Part shown: positions 22,084-34,520 of the stretch, piece after piece
Layout: every line of letters starts with the position of its first letter
Position numbering within the stretch: the first letter of the stretch is position 1
Assembly (NCBI RefSeq): GCF_001194135.2
Contig: NC_068997.1
Coordinates: 40,248,131 to 40,312,130 of the forward strand
DNA length: 64,000 nucleotides
Reading direction: 5' to 3'
Origin: Octopus bimaculoides
Lineage: Eukaryota
Position numbers and translations under genes: made by a program
The notes under the pieces: model-generated
Told to the model about the DNA's origin: nothing
What the model saw: only the letters and a program-made list of their open reading frames with translations
The model's database searches: none

Positions 22084-24737
22084 AAATGGGAAGAAAAAAC
22101 ACAGTTCAACAAAAGCTCGTTAGCAGAAACTGTAATTTCAACAAGGAACAAAACGTGATACACCAACGAGGAGAGACCTTTAACAATTATAACAATATCA
22201 CCACTTACTTCAACGTAACCAAGAAAAACACACTGCCACAGTTTATTCCCACTCTCTTATTTCTATGCCACCGCATAGAAGGAAGAGAGTGGGACACACA
22301 GAAATGGGGACAAAAAGAACTTCGTCGACACATGCGGCAGTAGGATGATCTTATTGAAAGTTAGTGACGCAAGAGAGGAAAGATGGATTGAGGCTCTTGC
22401 CAAGAAGCTTTGACAAGAGACTCACATGCCCGGCACGGTCGAGATCTTTTGTCGAAATCGAGATCCACATAATTACTTTTACCACATTCCTTCAAGGAAA
22501 GAGTTCATTAATGAGCGAGAGAAGGGGTTTATTAGAAGCCAATTTATATATGACTCTATCATCACCTGGTGTAATTCATCTATGTCGTAAAACCTTTGAA
22601 GTTAAAAAAGACATATCAGATGTCCTTTCGACATTTAGATTAGCCAAGCTTGATGCTGGGTCACTATGAGACTATTTCATTGGGATCAGTGTGTGTGTGC
22701 TACTACAGTTTACAGTGTCCTGCTGTCTTATGAACTTTTGTCAGACAAATTCTCGAATAATAAACAATTGACCAATAACTTCACGTGAAAATATGAATAA
22801 TAGATGAAAACGTTCTTTGAAATGATGTCTTAAAGAAAATAACTATGTCGGCTATCAGATTGAATGTCTAAAATTCAGCGGCGCGGGAAAAGCAATAAAA
22901 AATGAACGACATAAAAATGAATATTTGATGGAAAGTTTCATGTCTCACTGAAAAGTGAAATTCTTAAAGTATTTATGAAGAATAATATAGTAGATATAAA
23001 TCTATCGTTACTATCGTCATTATGAATTTATTATCCCATTTTTACGTTGTAGACGGTAAGTGGTAAAAGCTGCAGATCAGAGAGAGCTTGGCGGCAGTAA
23101 TAATATATTTAATAGAAAATTAAGATATTTGAATAAAAAATATAATAGAAATGTTTTTGACATAACGTAAAAATCTTTCTCAGAATATTTTAAAAGTTAT
23201 ATTTGAAAACAGGATGAGTAAAAAGTGATGCACAAAAATAATGGATAGTAAATAACTCATTGGTAGTAAAGAAAAAGGAAAACAAATGAAAGATGTGTAG
23301 AAAAAAAATCTCAGTACTAGAGTAAATTCATGTCGTGTTTGATATAATGTTTTGGTTGCAAAAGATGTGAACTACCTAAAAAAAAATTTTACTTAATCGA
23401 GTGAAAACTAAGGCATAAATTATTTTTTCCATATTTTTCAAGATATATATCAAAGATATTAAAATATTTAATAGAGAAATATGGATAAAAGTTGGAAATG
23501 TTTACTGAAAAATGGAGTGTTTTGGCCCAGAGGGACTAAAAATTTGAAAGTATTTTAGAGAACAGCATGCCAGTCACACAATCTCATCCCTTGTGTTAGG
23601 TGTAGCAGACTGGCTAATTAAAAAAAAACGGTATGTCGTATCAACTATTTCAGTACAAAGCAAAATTTTTAGCAAATAAGGATGATACAGTAAGTGCAGA
23701 TCAGAGAAAACTATTTCATCGGATGTTATCAATACAATATTCTTTCACCTATAATTCTTTTTCGAAACTGACTTCATGCTTTATTCTACCAAGGTTAATA
23801 ACATCAGTACAAACGACTATCATTAGTTGTGTTCGACTAAAGTGGGCAAACTGCATATGTACTACACGTGTACACACCAGTTCTTTGCAGTTTTCAAATA
23901 GCCTTTCTACAACAAGATTTCAGAATCTCCTGGCATTTTGCCTTTAAAAATTCACATTCTGAAAAATAAATACATAAATAAAATAAAAGTTTTAAGAAGA
24001 GAATTATCACTTCCAAACTTTAGGAAGCTGTAATAACAGGAAAATATGTTCATTTCCAGACTCCACTGCCTTTTTCTTATACCATATAATTATTTAGTCA
24101 AAAAGACGAAAATGTATCTTTTCAGTGTATTCGTTTTCTCTTACAAAATACTTGAAGTGAAATAGTGTTAAGAATTTCACATCAGGTACCTTGAAAAACA
24201 AATACAAAAGTGAAACATTTTAAGCTGCAGCCAAACAAGAAACAGTCTATAGTTTTAATTTTCCTTATTTCACTGCAAACATTAAATTTACATTGCAACC
24301 CAGCAATTACTTCGCTTGCTCTCAAAATCTGCATCCTCAAACTAAAACTCAAGACCTTCACAACCGTTTCTAAACTTTTGCCCTATCATGATCTGAATTG
24401 TCGAAAAACTTGTCATGTTTTTCTCATATGAAGAGGAGTTTGAAACTAATGTGGTCACATTTAAGAACTTAGCAAATCTCGTTTTCTCCTAACACATTTG
24501 TTGTTGGTATGATTTTACTTTTCCTTAAACAATCTACCGTTAGCAAAACCTCAATGTTATAGATAGCTTGATAATCAACACTGCTCGCTCCTTATTCACC
24601 TCAGTTTAATTAAATATATATCTTTAATATCTTTGGTTAAAATGAAGATGTTTACACCTCGGTCTGTGTTCAATTTTACTTCAAGCAGGTTTTCTTAACA
24701 GGCAGTTTGGTAATGAGAGCTAAATGTGGGGTTCTTT

Positions 24738-24965
24738 TTTTTTCACTTGTTTCAGTCATTAAACTGCGGCCATGCTGGGGCACCACCTTGAAGAACTTTT
24801 AGTCGAATGAATCGACCCCAGTACTTATTTTTTAAAAGCTTGGTACTTATTCTACTGGCCTCTATTGCCGAACAGCTGCGTTCCTGGGACGTAAGCACAC
24901 CAATACCGGTTGTCAAGTGATAGTGGGGGGGAGAAACACACACACGCACCCAGACACACACACGC

Positions 24966-25062
<97 letters not shown>

Positions 25063-25244
25063 GAAAGAGAGAGAGAGACGACGGGCTTCTTTCAGTTTCT
25101 GTCTGCCAAATCCACTCACATGGCTTTAGTTGGCTCGAGGCTATAGCAGACACACTTGCCCAAGATGCCAGGCAATGAGACTAAACCCAGAACCATGTGG
25201 TTGGGAAGCAAGCTTCTTGCCACACAGCCACACATGCGTCTATA
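24738..25244 (-). mobile_element. SINE family B, full length
   Basis: Complete tail, CA tract, ACTTGCCCAAG CORE-like motif and head. Confidence 0.9.
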
Positions 25245-25551
25245 AAAAAAACCGACTTGCAAAAGCCGGGAAATGAACTCGGGACTCTCAGAACCACCGA
25301 CTATTATGAATAATACTCAAATTTTTTTCAAACTCACTTGATATACACAGCAACAATGGGCAAGCATCAGAGGTAGGCAGATGGAGATTTAACATCCATA
25401 AATGGATTATTCTTCAGAGATTAGTATATTTAAGCGGCTAGACCAGTGCTCTAAAGAAATGTTCCTTTAAACCTTAAAGGAACTTTTATTTAAGGCATGA
25501 AGGAGAATATTAGAATCACAAAAACTTTATATAACCACACTACTTTATAAT

Positions 25552-25945
25552 AGTTTCAATTTTTGGCACAAGGCCAGAAATTTTTGGAGTTGATGCAAAC
25601 GACCCTAGGGCCAACTGGAACTTATTTTATTGAATCCGAAACGATAAAAGGTAAAGTTGACCCCGTCAGCATTTGAACTCAGAATGTAAAAACAGACGAA
25701 ATGCTGCTTAGCATTTTGAAAGGCGTGCTAACGATTCTACCTGTTCACTGCCTTCATAGTAATAATAAAACTAGTTTCAAATCTTGGTACAAGGCCAGCA
25801 ATTTCGGTAAGAAGGTCAGTCGATTACATCGACTCCATTGTTCAACTAACACTTATTTCATCTACCCCCGAAAGGATGAGAGGCAAGGTGGACTTCGACG
25901 GAATTCGAAGTCAGAACGTAAAGACGGACGAAATGTTAGGATTCA
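25552..25945 (-). mobile_element. Two adjacent SINE family A copies
   Basis: Family body at about 25552-25750 and 25768-25945. Confidence 0.75.
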
Positions 25946-26149
25946 ACACTATTTCAGAACATTCCTTACACATAATAGACATCAGCACCCAAGGAAAGTG
26001 GATATGGTCCTCATAGGAAAGTTTGTAAAAGAGTTTAGTGAAAAGATTTAGTGCGAGAAGAGAATGAATAATATTTCCCTTCTGATTCTTACGAATATCT
26101 CCAAGTGTTGCCATCTTAGTCACAAACTGGTGAAATAATGTTCAAGTTA

Positions 26150-26300
26150 TAATCTAATATATATTAGCAATCAGTATTAATACCGAGAGATAATATTTAT
26201 CCCCACTTAAACGTGGATATTCTGCTAATACAAACTATCTACCGCAGTATAGCTTGTTCTAACAGAACATCCGCGTCTTAGACGGGATAAATATTATCTT
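26150..26300. repeat. Inverted pair of family C repeat ends (imperfect palindrome)
   Basis: Arms 26188-26238 and 26249-26299; same sequence family as 47690-47790 and 48020-48120. Confidence 0.7.
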
Positions 26301-26565
26301 GCGCTATTGTTATCTCTCTTCGAGTTGTACATCGCTGTTCCAAGACCCATTTAATTCAAATGTGATTCAGTATCCCGCTACGATAAAGAAATATAATACA
26401 GAGACAGTAAACGGGATTATTTGTTATTGCTGATTTTATTCCAAATGTAGTTTTAGGATTCCGCTGAAGCTGTTTCCATTAGGCAATCTTCAAAGTGGAA
26501 TAAGTAAGAGTATCAAATTAATGAAGAGAAGCTATTCACTTGGAGTAGCATTAAAAGGTAAATTT

Positions 26566-26715
26566 ACCGTAGCTGTTTGGAAAGAAGCTTGCTTCCCAAC
26601 TACATGGTTCCGGAAAGTGTCTTCTGCTATAGGTTCGGGCTGACCAAAAACCAACTGAGTGGATCTGGTAGACGGAAACTGAAAGAAGCCCGTCGTATAT
26701 ATATATATATATATC

Positions 26716-26779
<64 letters not shown>

Positions 26780-26810
26780 TCGTCACCAAGCACAGCCGGT
26801 GTTAGTGTCT
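26566..26810 (+). mobile_element. SINE family B, 5' part with internal deletion
   Basis: AAGAAGCTTGCTTCCCAAC head, GACGGAAACTGAAAGAAGCCCGTCG, (TA)n(TG)n. Confidence 0.8.
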
Positions 26811-27064
26811 ATATATATTTTAAAGGAAAATTGTACCGAAATGTATGCTCTGAGAGTGTACAGCTGTTCATGTTAGGAAACACTTCACCTCCGCTATTTA
26901 TGAAATGCTATTTCAGATATTCCAGGTACACAAGTTAGAAAGGAACGGAATCGGTTGTATAGAGACCTGCGCTTTTAGGTTACTGAGAGGAAAACGAAAT
27001 AACTAGTGTAGATATTGCCGACGAAGAGGGGAGTTTTGCGCAAAAGTATGCTGATAAACATAGA

Positions 27065-27074
27065 GGCATATATG

Positions 27075-27108
<34 letters not shown>

Positions 27109-27134
27109 TGTATGTATGTATGTATGTATGTATG

Positions 27135-27194
<60 letters not shown>

Positions 27195-27584
27195 GAGAGA
27201 GAGAGAGAGAAAGCGAGAGAGAGGGAGGGAGAGAAAGAGAGATAGTCAGAGAGAGAGACACACACACAGATAGAGATATAGAGAGAAAGAACAAATATGA
27301 TGTATATGAATGTCTGTGTGTGCATACGTGCTCGTCTGTGTGTTTGGGTGCTATATGTGCAAACATGAATGACAAGCTTTTGTGGCGGGAACCAGTGTAG
27401 CAACAGTGTAGCAACAGTGTAGCAACAGTGTAGTACCATACATGTAAATAAATAGGGAAAACACTCCTAAGCGCAGAGTATTTCGCTTTACTTCAGTAAA
27501 CAGCATTGCATATACATATCTATTTACCTCCCTCTCTCTCTCTCTCTCTTTCTGTATACATATATATATATATATATATATATA

Positions 27585-27628
<44 letters not shown>

Positions 27629-27660
27629 TGTGTGTGTGTGTGTGTGCGTGTGTGTGCATG
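27065..27660. repeat. Compound microsatellites and 11-bp tandem CAGTGTAGCAA (27393-27433, 3.7 copies)
   Basis: Direct reading. Confidence 0.9.
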
Positions 27661-30600
27661 TGTGGGGGGTGCATATATTCTTTTATTTGTTTCAGTCATT
27701 TCACTGTGACCNNNNNNNNNNNNNNNNNNNNNNNNNNNNNNNNNNNNNNNNNNNNNNNNNNNNNNNNNNNNNNNNNNNNNNNNNNNNNNNNNNNNNNNNN
27801 NNNNNNNNNNNNNNNNNNNNNNNNNNNNNNNNNNNNNNNNNNNNNNNNNNNNNNNNNNNNNNNNNNNNNNNNNNNNNNNNNNNNNNNNNNNNNNNNNNNN
27901 NNNNNNNNNNNNNNNNNNNNNNNNNNNNNNNNNNNNNNNNNNNNNNNNNNNNNNNNNNNNNNNNNNNNNNNNNNNNNNNNNNNNNNNNNNNNNNNNNNNN
28001 NNNNNNNNNNNNNNNNNNNNNNNNNNNNNNNNNNNNNNNNNNNNNNNNNNNNNNNNNNNNNNNNNNNNNNNNNNNNNNNNNNNNNNNNNNNNNNNNNNNN
28101 NNNNNNNNNNNNNNNNNNNNNNNNNNNNNNNNNNNNNNNNNNNNNNNNNNNNNNNNNNNNNNNNNNNNNNNNNNNNNNNNNNNNNNNNNNNNNNNNNNNN
28201 NNNNNNNNNNNNNNNNNNNNNNNNNNNNNNNNNNNNNNNNNNNNNNNNNNNNNNNNNNNNNNNNNNNNNNNNNNNNNNNNNNNNNNNNNNNNNNNNNNNN
28301 NNNNNNNNNNNNNNNNNNNNNNNNNNNNNNNNNNNNNNNNNNNNNNNNNNNNNNNNNNNNNNNNNNNNNNNNNNNNNNNNNNNNNNNNNNNNNNNNNNNN
28401 NNNNNNNNNNNNNNNNNNNNNNNNNNNNNNNNNNNNNNNNNNNNNNNNNNNNNNNNNNNNNNNNNNNNNNNNNNNNNNNNNNNNNNNNNNNNNNNNNNNN
28501 NNNNNNNNNNNNNNNNNNNNNNNNNNNNNNNNNNNNNNNNNNNNNNNNNNNNNNNNNNNNNNNNNNNNNNNNNNNNNNNNNNNNNNNNNNNNNNNNNNNN
28601 NNNNNNNNNNNNNNNNNNNNNNNNNNNNNNNNNNNNNNNNNNNNNNNNNNNNNNNNNNNNNNNNNNNNNNNNNNNNNNNNNNNNNNNNNNNNNNNNNNNN
28701 NNNNNNNNTATATATATATATATATATATATGATACCAATTATGTTATACACAGACACACACACACACACCTATATTTGTAACTATTTGAATGTGTGTAT
28801 GGTCGTAGACAGTTGCAGATAGAATTCTGCTCAAATCATTTTTTTCATTTGCTGTACAAGCCTACATATACACAAACACATACACACACAGTCCCCCACT
28901 GAAATGTAAACATACACGAGCACACACAGTCAAACACACACACACACACGCTTACACACACGCTTACACACACGCACTCTCGTTTATATACTTCTCTAAT
29001 GTTTACTTAGAGATTTTTTTTACCCTTGTATGTGTATGTGTGTATAAAATATATTCAACAATTTTTAAAACATAAAAATCATCCAACACAATTTACTCTA
29101 TTTTTAATAAACTCTAGGTTACGTAGGTGTGTATGAGAGCGAACATATACTTGTGTGTGTGTGTGTGTGTTTATTTTTGGATGGACTTTTTATGTATATT
29201 AATGTATGTCTGAAATTTTTACACGTTCTTTCGTTCACACACATGCAGCGTTGATCATGAAGGTAAACGTTTATATACGTATAAATAGTTGGCGGGGGAT
29301 GTTCGTGTGTGTATATAAAATATATTTAAATGTATCCCATTTATATTTATACACACACACACGAAGACACACATACATATTTACATACATGTGTATGCAT
29401 GTATTGCTGTAAGCATATATATATAGTCTAACGGTTTAATCAAAAGTTTATTTGATGTTTTATTGAGAATATTTTCACATCCAGTTTTTCTGTAATTGGC
29501 AGTGAATAAGTTTTTCAGCATTTTTTCCCTTAAAGCGCCAGTTTCGCTGCCGCACGTTTTAATTAAGTAGCTAGAAAACTATTAATATTTCGATAGAGAA
29601 AAAAAATCGAGTGTAAGCTGAAGAAACAAATGCATTTTAAGATGAAAAAAACACACATTAAATTAGAATATTTTTCTATTTTCAATGGCTTAAATTCCTA
29701 AGAAATGGTCTAGTTACTCACACATACACGCACGCTTGTGTATATATATATTATGTATGTACATTTGTATGTACACACATACACGCATACATACATAGCA
29801 ACGTATATATATAGATATATATACGCATTCATATGTATATAAATACTCAGACACACACATAATGAACTCGAGATAGGTGGATGTGGGTGAGTGTATTACT
29901 AGGTTTGCTGATAAGAAATATTGCTTTAAAAAAATGTATTTTTGAATATGTGTGTGAATGTGTTTATATGTATGTCTGTGTGGTTAGGTATATATTTAAA
30001 TATAAAAAAATATTTTGAATATATTTGCGTATAAACACGTTGACGAGAGACTTTCCGACACTTTAAGTCGCATATGTTGCAGTTTATGGCTGTGTTTGTG
30101 AAAAGAAACGTGAAAGAAGATGTAGAATGCTATGACATACATAACTAAGAAAAAGCAGAGACAATATTACCTACATAGCTAGAGAACAGATAGTGTTATT
30201 GCGGAAAGCAAATAGAAAATAGCTTTCGAACAAATGTTTATAGCTAATTATATATCTATGTAAGGAACAAAAAAACACATGTTTATACAATTTCAAAATT
30301 TGTTTGGAAGCCTTAAGTGCTTTTTAAGACTATAGAATTATTTGTTTATCGCCTTCTAAGTGGTTTACATTTAAATATAAGCGTAATATTTAACTCTGTT
30401 TTACCTGATCGCTTACTGTCAAGACATATGAATGACAATCTATTATTTAATGAGAACATGTTTTACGATTTAACAACACTTATTCTCACAGAAACCAATA
30501 NNNNNNNNNNNNNNNNNNNNNNNNNNNNNNNNNNNNNNNNNNNNNNNNNNNNNNNNNNNNNNNNNNNNNNNNNNNNNNNNNNNNNNNNNNNNNNNNNNNN

Positions 30601-30924
30601 NNNNNNNNNNNNNCAATATTTTCTTTTTCAAATTTGAAGCGTTGTATGTTGACAATATATGTTAAACCCCACTTTTTACATTGCTGTCCTACCTTCCTCA
30701 ATCCCTCTTTTTACTTATTAATGCTTTTACTCTCTTCAATGAAAATGTTTTTTAGAATTAATCCTCTACCTGCAGATAAACGGGTCTCTGCTTGAGTGCC
30801 CAGATAAACGTGTTAAAATGGAATAACTGTCTGCTCCAAGATACCTTAGACCAGATACATACTTCCTCCATGATTCCAGCTATTTTTTGCATTCAGACCT
30901 TCAATTTTCATTCTACTGAGGCGC

Positions 30925-31555
30925 AAGGTAGTTGATTGGCAGAATTATTAAAGCGTCGGAGAAAATATTTTGCATTGTTCGTTCCGGCTCTTTGCGTTCT
31001 GAATTTGTGCCTTGCTGAGATTAACTTTGTCACTCATCCCTTCTGGGGTCAAGACACTAATTGGAAATAAGGTGGCCAGATGGCAGAAACGTTAGCACGC
31101 CGGGCGAACGTCTGTCTACTTTCTGAGTTCAAATTCCGCCGAGGTCGACTTTGCCTTTCATCCTTTCGAAGTCGATAAATTAAGTACCAGTTGCGTACTG
31201 CGGTCGATCTAAACGACTGGCCCCTCACCCAAGATCCCGAGCCTTGTACCTAGAGTAGAAAAAGACACTAATTGTACAGTTGAGTACCGGCTTCCTCCAA
31301 ATTTCCTACCTTGCTCTCACGCTAAAATTAATTATTATTAGAATGGTGAAGAGGCAGAATTGTTAGTGCGTCGAACAAAAAAATTGCCTTGTGGTTATTT
31401 GTTGCCGTTCTTAACAGTCGGTGTTCAATTCTCTCTGTGAGAAATTTCGCCTTCCATCCTTCCAATGTTGATAAAATAAATACTAGGATGGATATAATCA
31501 ACTTAATCTCGCCTGACAAACCTCTGGTTTGGTGCCTCTGTTAGATAAAGTTATT
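30925..31555 (+). mobile_element. Cluster of three SINE family A copies
   Basis: Heads at about 30925, 31069 and 31345; the 31069-31265 copy is well preserved. Confidence 0.75.
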
Positions 31556-31607
31556 CTGAGAGTCACAAAGGGAGAATAGTCCAACAACATCCTTCCATTC
31601 TTATCAA

Positions 31608-31910
31608 CAGTCAAAACGCTAGTGCACCACTACCAGGCCACTGAGTTAAAACTCCAGTGTGCCACTCTACTTAATGAAAATATCAGTGAGCTACTACACG
31701 GAGTCAAGATATAAGCGTGCCACTACTCGGAATCAGGCCATGCATCTCAGTCAAACTCCAATGTGTCACATAAACTATTCGGAATGCTAGTGTGCTTCAC
31801 AAGCTATCCAGAATGACTCTGCACTGTTAAGATTCTTGTGTACCACCCTGTCTAGAGAAAAAGTTAGTGTACCATATTATAGAGTCAAAACGCCACTGTT
31901 CCACGCTGCT
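31608..31910. repeat. Cryptic degenerate minisatellite, unit about 28-35 bp
   Basis: Variants of GAGTCAAAACNCYAGTGTGCCACTAC at 31608, 31643, 31673, 31701, 31748 and 31882. Confidence 0.6.
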
Positions 31911-32350
31911 GGAATCCTGCTCTTTGTTCTAATCTCCAAATAATATCTACACGACTTCTATATTATCTTTCAAATGACAGAAATAGAGAATCAAATCTAA
32001 CCGGAAACTTATTTGTCTGCACAGCAACCATTAGTCGAGATGAGGCAAGAACTACAAACACTAACACTAGACAATCCATTTACATCAACAGTGGGATACA
32101 ACTAAATAACTCTTGACATTACAACAAGAAGGAATATTCTGTCACCCTGCGACACTGAAATCTGGCTGATGGTATCAGAATCACACTGCTGTGAAGCTAA
32201 GGAGTGAAGTTTGCTTGGTACCCTACACAACATGAACATAGATTATGGCCCCCAGACTGTTGGATGAACCATGCGTTTCGATAGACCATGCTTTCTGTGA
32301 CAGTTTTGTCAATATTTCGGATCTGAAGTTATAAACCTCCGTAACTGATG

Positions 32351-32352
32351 TA

Positions 32353-32432
<80 letters not shown>
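32351..32432. repeat. (TAA)n microsatellite, possibly the tail of a retroposon 3' end
   Basis: Direct reading. Confidence 0.9.
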
Positions 32433-32433
<1 letters not shown>

Positions 32434-32784
32434 CAGCTAAAAATCCTGTAGAAGTTCCACGTCATCAACTTTAAAATTGCAAGTCAACGCTCTGCTAGCT
32501 GAGAGCCACCAGGTAAAATTATACGTGTTTGAGTTGATGAGTTCAGACGCCACCAGATTATTCGCCGACTGAAACGAACATTGTTGTGTGGTTAACGCCT
32601 CTTTGTTTGTGTATTTTGAATTGATGATTTAACTGAGAGGTAATAAGGACAGCATGTGTCACCGGTTAAAAAGAGAGAAAATAACATGTCAAAAATAATG
32701 AAGCTGCAAATAAACTCGCAGAAGCAAGTGTATTATTTTCCTCAATGTATGTTGCATACAAGTAGTGTAATAACTTATTAAGAA

Positions 32785-33240
32785 GAATATTCTAAGTTTG
32801 ATCGTAACTCCGATCCAATGAGGATCTTTTTCTCTGATAACTTTTCTGTGCTGTGTGTTTATGACCTATTAAACATGCATAAACACAATCTTCATGAAGA
32901 AATAGTCAACATCCATTAATACCGCTACCTTGTTGGTGATGATAGCATTTTCTGATTTGCTGATTATGCCTCAAATCTATTTTCTCTTACTATATTCATC
33001 TTCTTCAGAACTCCTCGCAATAACGATCGTTCCCAAACTCCGCCGCCAGACTGATTCGTTTATCCAGTCACAGTGGGATTTGCAAGCCGAAAATTACATA
33101 CTCAGCTTTAGGGGGATAGTCCCTGTCTTGTTCGATCATGCAGAACACAAACTTGCATTCGGCCGATTGAAATTGTGGACACCCTACATTACTCCTCATC
33201 GCTAACCTAACAAATATTCCATCTACGCTTCTAGATATTA
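32785..33240 (-). mobile_element. Decayed Gypsy-type integrase fragment
   Basis: GIFVRLAMRSNVGCPQFQSAE resembles IFARHG.P..IVSDNGPQF.S.EF; HSTEKLSEKKILIGSELRSNL resembles HSTTG.SPAELL.GR.LRT.L. Confidence 0.5.
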
Positions 33241-33534
33241 TTAGGACCAGTTGATGCGGTTCCTTCATACTCATACTGGCGTATTCATGAAATCCGGCTG
33301 TGACAGGTTCTCACTCATCTAAGGCAGGGTTTTGCTTATTTGTTTAAAGGATCAAATTAACTTATTTTAATGCAATACACTGTGGCTGGCTGCAGGTCCT
33401 TTTCAAGAGAGAGGGGGCTACCTAGTACGCTAGAGAAACAGATATATGTGTGTGAATGTGCAAAATATTTTCCTTTCGAATGACACATATGTTATATGTC
33501 TGTTTTTTTTTAGCTAATAAATATTCCTATTAGC

Positions 33535-34520
33535 TTGATGAGGCCTAAAATTTAGTGGAAAGGGGACTAGTTGATTATATTGACTCCAATGCTCGACTTG
33601 TACTTATCTTTTTGATCTCGAAAGGGTGAAAGGCAGAGCCGACTTCAGCAGAATTTGAACTCAGAACGTAAAAACGGACGAAATATCGTTAAGCATTATA
33701 TCCAACGTGTTAACAATTCTGCCACCTCGTCATCGTTTTATTGTGTTTTATTTTATTTTTAGATAAATTTACAATTATGGAAAGAAATCATCGTTATACA
33801 AAGACAAGTGTGTTAGCAGAAACGCTAGAATGTCGGGAAAAATACCTTGTGTTATTTATTCCAGTTCTAAGATCAACTTTATCTTCGATCCTTCCGAGGT
33901 TATAAAATAAAGCACCTCATCTCTTCAAAATTGTCCACCTAAATTAAAAACAAATATTATTGTTACACATAAGGCCATATGTTGTTAGAATCGTCAGAGC
34001 ATAGGATAAAATGCATGAGTCACAGCTCGTTACGTTCTGAATTCAAATCCTATCGATGTCAACTTCGCTCATTATTCTCTCTGGGGTTAATTAAATAAGC
34101 TACCAAGTACTGAAGTGAATATAATCAGCTAACAATTCCCTTCAAAATTTCTGGTTTTGTGTGTATATTAGAAAGTATTTTATTTTTATACATTCACATA
34201 GAGTAAGGTACGTCTGTTTATGTTCTGAGTACAAATTCTATCAGGGGCCAACTTTGTACTTCATTATACTGGATTTTGTACAGTAGCAGTCACGTACTTG
34301 TCCCTAATGTACTGAAATACATTACCAAATGTACTGAAATATATGTCATGCCTATTAAAGAACTATTATTAATTTAGATGGTACGATATAAGGCGGCGAG
34401 CTGGCAGAATCGTTTTCCATTTACATATTCAGTTCGTATCCATCGAGACTCAAATTTCCATGTCACCTTTCTTGGGACAATAAAAGAAGTGGTACTGGTA
34501 TATTTCGATTGATTAAATCA
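33535..34520. mobile_element. Cluster of decayed SINE family A copies (one minus at 33535-33740, several plus)
   Basis: Repeated GTTCTGA(G/A)TTCAAAT B-box and AAGGCGGCGAGCTGGCAGAATCG head at about 34390. Confidence 0.65.

Larger units (their letters stand above)
15410..22340 (-). mobile_element. Head-to-tail array of three gag/ORF1-only retroelement-like units
   Basis: Three homologous minus-strand ORF relics; homologous inter-unit segments at about 17715-17870, 20400-20562, 22240-22340 (partial) and 15410-15425 (stub); no RT or endonuclease motifs between units. Confidence 0.75.

Noticed and set aside
15410-22340. Canonical LTR retrotransposon or telomeric array reading of the gag cluster
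   Set aside because: No TG..CA termini, primer-binding site or pol motifs were seen, and there are no (TTAGGG)n tracts in the window; kept only as analogies.
32530-32580. TTGATGA..GAAACG hammerhead-like spacing
   Set aside because: The core starts with T rather than C and the stems do not pair convincingly.
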